DNA of 64,000 bases, taken from assembly GCF_000711695.1 (NCBI RefSeq), contig NW_013547013.1:124001-188000 (forward strand). The letters run 5' to 3'. The DNA is from Tilletiaria anomala UBC 951 (lineage: Eukaryota). This document shows, piece after piece, positions 61,701 through 64,000 of the stretch (the stretch's first letter is position 1; each line of letters starts with the position of its first letter). The notes beneath the pieces were generated by a model. That model was not told where the DNA came from and made no database searches. It saw only the letters and a list, made by a program, of their open reading frames with translations. The position numbers were made by a program, and so were the translations under genes.

Positions 61701-63305
61701 ATCAATATCGGTAGTGTTTTCTCGGCATAGACAACGAGCATCTCGGATCGTGTGTTGATGGCAGCATTCAGCACCTTGGCTGCGGATCTCCTCACTTTCC
61801 AGGATAAGTCGTCGTCGTCTTCATAGCTACGTTGCTCAAGACACAGGAATCAATCATCTTGTGCTGCTGCGAGAAAGTTGGTCGTACTCACTCTTCCATA
61901 TCGAGCTCATCATCTTCATCATCCTCATTGTCAGCTGTCATCTCCTCATCTGAGTCGCCATCGCCAGCGTAATTCGGATCATAGCTGATCGACTTGCTGG
62001 CAGCGTCCAAGCATTGCGTGACAAATGGCGTGATTTCAGCGGGGCAGCGGAGCAGCAGCACTTCCAAAGTCTGAAGGCATGCTTCGCGCAACTCATCATC
62101 CTCTTCCTCTGAGTTTACCAGCGGAAGAATCGCTGTCATAAAGTCTGGAAGCCTCTTCCCAATCCGACGTGGTGATGCGCGCGCCAATGATCCAGTCAGG
62201 AGGGTCATCGTGCGCCTCGCTTCCTTGTTTGACGACCAAAGGTCCGTGTGAGTCCTTTTGCAGATTTCAGTGAATGTCTCTGTCGATGCGCATGCGCCGA
62301 GAATTGACATAGCCGTCATAGCACGTTTTCGCACGCCAGCGTTGTTGTGCTCGAGCGCGGTGAAGAATGCTTTCATGCTTGGCTGCTGGAAGTCCTTCTT
62401 TGCTGCGGTGACTGATGGGGCGAATCGGCTGAAGATCTCAGTGACAATCTCTAGGCAATCGATAAGCAATTCCTGTGACGCTGTCGGCTGCATACAAGAA
62501 CGAAAATTTGCATAAGCAAGGTGGCCCATAGAAACGTAACTACAAGCAACGAGGGCCGTATTGAACTCACACTTTCAATGACTTGAATCAGCTTAGGAGC
62601 AAGCTTCATGGAGATGGAAGCAGCCAATTTCGAAGTAGGCGGAAGCTCAACTACCACCGTCTTCAGTCCTGTCAGACGTGGGGCAGAGCATGTCAATCCC
62701 AAAGCCGGTCACTCCATCGCTGAACGTCCAACGCGCCTAGAGAAGCAATGTCTCGCAGTTCCTCTTCCTTTCCTGAAATGTATTCGACTAGCTTGTTTGT
62801 GATGTTCTGCAGCTCTCCTTCGCGGACTCTTCGCACCAGGATGCCCAATCTGTGGAGTCAGAGTGACGCGGATCAGCACATGATGTTGTTGGGACTCTGG
62901 ATAGCGGAGCTTCTAAATCTATTCGCAGTACATACGTCTTGACAGTCATGTTCTTAACCTCTCCGTTCGTGTCCTTCATCATCTCAAGAACCTGATTGAC
63001 TGTCCGCGACTCGGTGCCCACATCCTTCACGATGAAGTCATCGGACTTGGCTCGCGTGATCAAGTCATTGAGAGCCATGTACCTGTAGCGCGTGGTTGGG
63101 GATCAGTCTCCCTTCGTTGTCTAGGTGGTCCCACTGCATGGAGCTTACCGGTAGTCCGGATCGGCGGATCGCATCTATGAAGAGAAAGTCGAGCGGAAGA
63201 CAAGCAGATTGATCAGAATGGTGCTTGGGGCGCACTACGGCCCCAGATCTAAGCTGCACACACCTTCTCCAGAAGAGTGGCCACGAAGGCCGAAGTGCGG
63301 TCCAT
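58753..63305 (-). CDS. CAND1: Cullin-associated NEDD8-dissociated protein 1 (TIP120, HEAT repeats), multi-exon including a 26-nt exon at 63149-63174
   Basis: Motifs 'LLEK|MRSADPDYR|YMALNDL', 'DTNGEVKNMTVK', 'SYDPNY', 'DDDDLSWKVRRSAAK', 'EREETVRLEV', 'RLKNEVTRL' and 'VPMGPFTITQDDGLELRK'. Confidence 0.93.
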
Positions 63306-64000
63306 GTTGGGCGACGGATTTCCTCGCACCTCGTGTCGTACTTCGACAAGGGCAGGGCCAGTTGAAATGCAGAGTGGGAAAATGGAAAGAGATCGATGCC
63401 TCAGTGGCAAGCCATAGCAACGGAGCAAAATGGCTGCTTGACTCTTGAGCACCTTGGGCGTCTAGCTGACAAAGGACTAGAAAGTCGGGATCGAGGGCAG
63501 GCGTCAATGCGGCGTCATGCCACGCTCGGACCATCCGAGGGTATGAATTGTGGCACCACGGCAGCCAAGTTGGCTTCGCTGTTGCAGTCGAGGGTGATGT
63601 TGTCGTGAGGGTTGAGCGACCACTCAAAGGATGAACACACGCGTCAATCCTCATATCCCCGGTCTTCGTGCTCTCGGCTCACGCGTCATAAGCTCTACGC
63701 TCTCCGCTCAATATCAAGCATCTGCGTGTGGTTAGACTTGCCCTCTTCGCGCCTAGCAGACAGTTCCAACTGTCTCCCTGGCGTTAGCCTGTCAAGCGAT
63801 ATGCGTCGCAGCAGCCAGACTCCTGGGAACGTCTCGACCTCAGCGGTTCATCCTTTGCCAACCCAGCCATCTAGCTTTTGGACGCGCAAAGAAGACCAAG
63901 CCGTTGTGCGAAATCGTAGAGGAAATGTGTTGACAAGGGGCTTGATTCTCAAGACCGATCACTTTGCTGGAAGTGAGTCGATTGCAGGTTGCGACACTCT

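Noticed and set aside
11611..63305. F-box, HECT and CAND1 as a ubiquitin gene cluster
   Set aside because: They are 15-25 kb apart with unrelated housekeeping genes between them, which fits chance co-occurrence.
1..64000. tRNA, rRNA, CRISPR arrays, transposases or LTRs
   Set aside because: I recognised no cloverleaf, spaced direct repeats, terminal repeats or RT/transposase motifs. The GGTTCGA words at ~6961 and ~31868 are inside coding exons.

Overview
This is intron-rich, gene-dense fungal DNA. The short GT-AG introns (GTGAGT/GTGCGT donors, CTGAC-like branch points) and the protein sequences suggest a basidiomycete, probably Ustilaginomycotina; that assignment is inference. I can support about 20 spliced protein-coding genes: MSH1 (runs off the left edge), UTP18, a NOL8/Nop8-like RRM protein, a small orphan membrane protein, a stand-alone BRCT protein, an F-box/LRR protein, enoyl-CoA hydratase, HEM3, a CDKN3-like Cys phosphatase, a class IV-type chitin synthase, a Tom1/HUWE1-type HECT ligase, a secreted-type metallophosphoesterase, a GH9 glycoside hydrolase, RRP1/NOP52, MRPS16, a DMT-family transporter, a SNF2/STH1-type remodeller, a three-repeat Myb factor and CAND1. 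There is also a decayed fructosamine-3-kinase pseudogene. I recognised no RNA genes, transposons or CRISPR arrays. The most unusual feature is the HECT gene: a cleanly spliced ~662-aa 'mini-Tom1' with only the Tom1 C-terminus, fused to an unrelated-looking Gly/Ser-rich leader that starts in an 8-nt exon. It sits at the edge of an accessory-looking patch at about 32.5-39 kb. Other leads are PAC/RRPE-like motifs upstream of all three ribosome-biogenesis genes and a candidate heme-regulatory CP motif in HEM3. All family calls come from motif recognition by eye; no searches were run.
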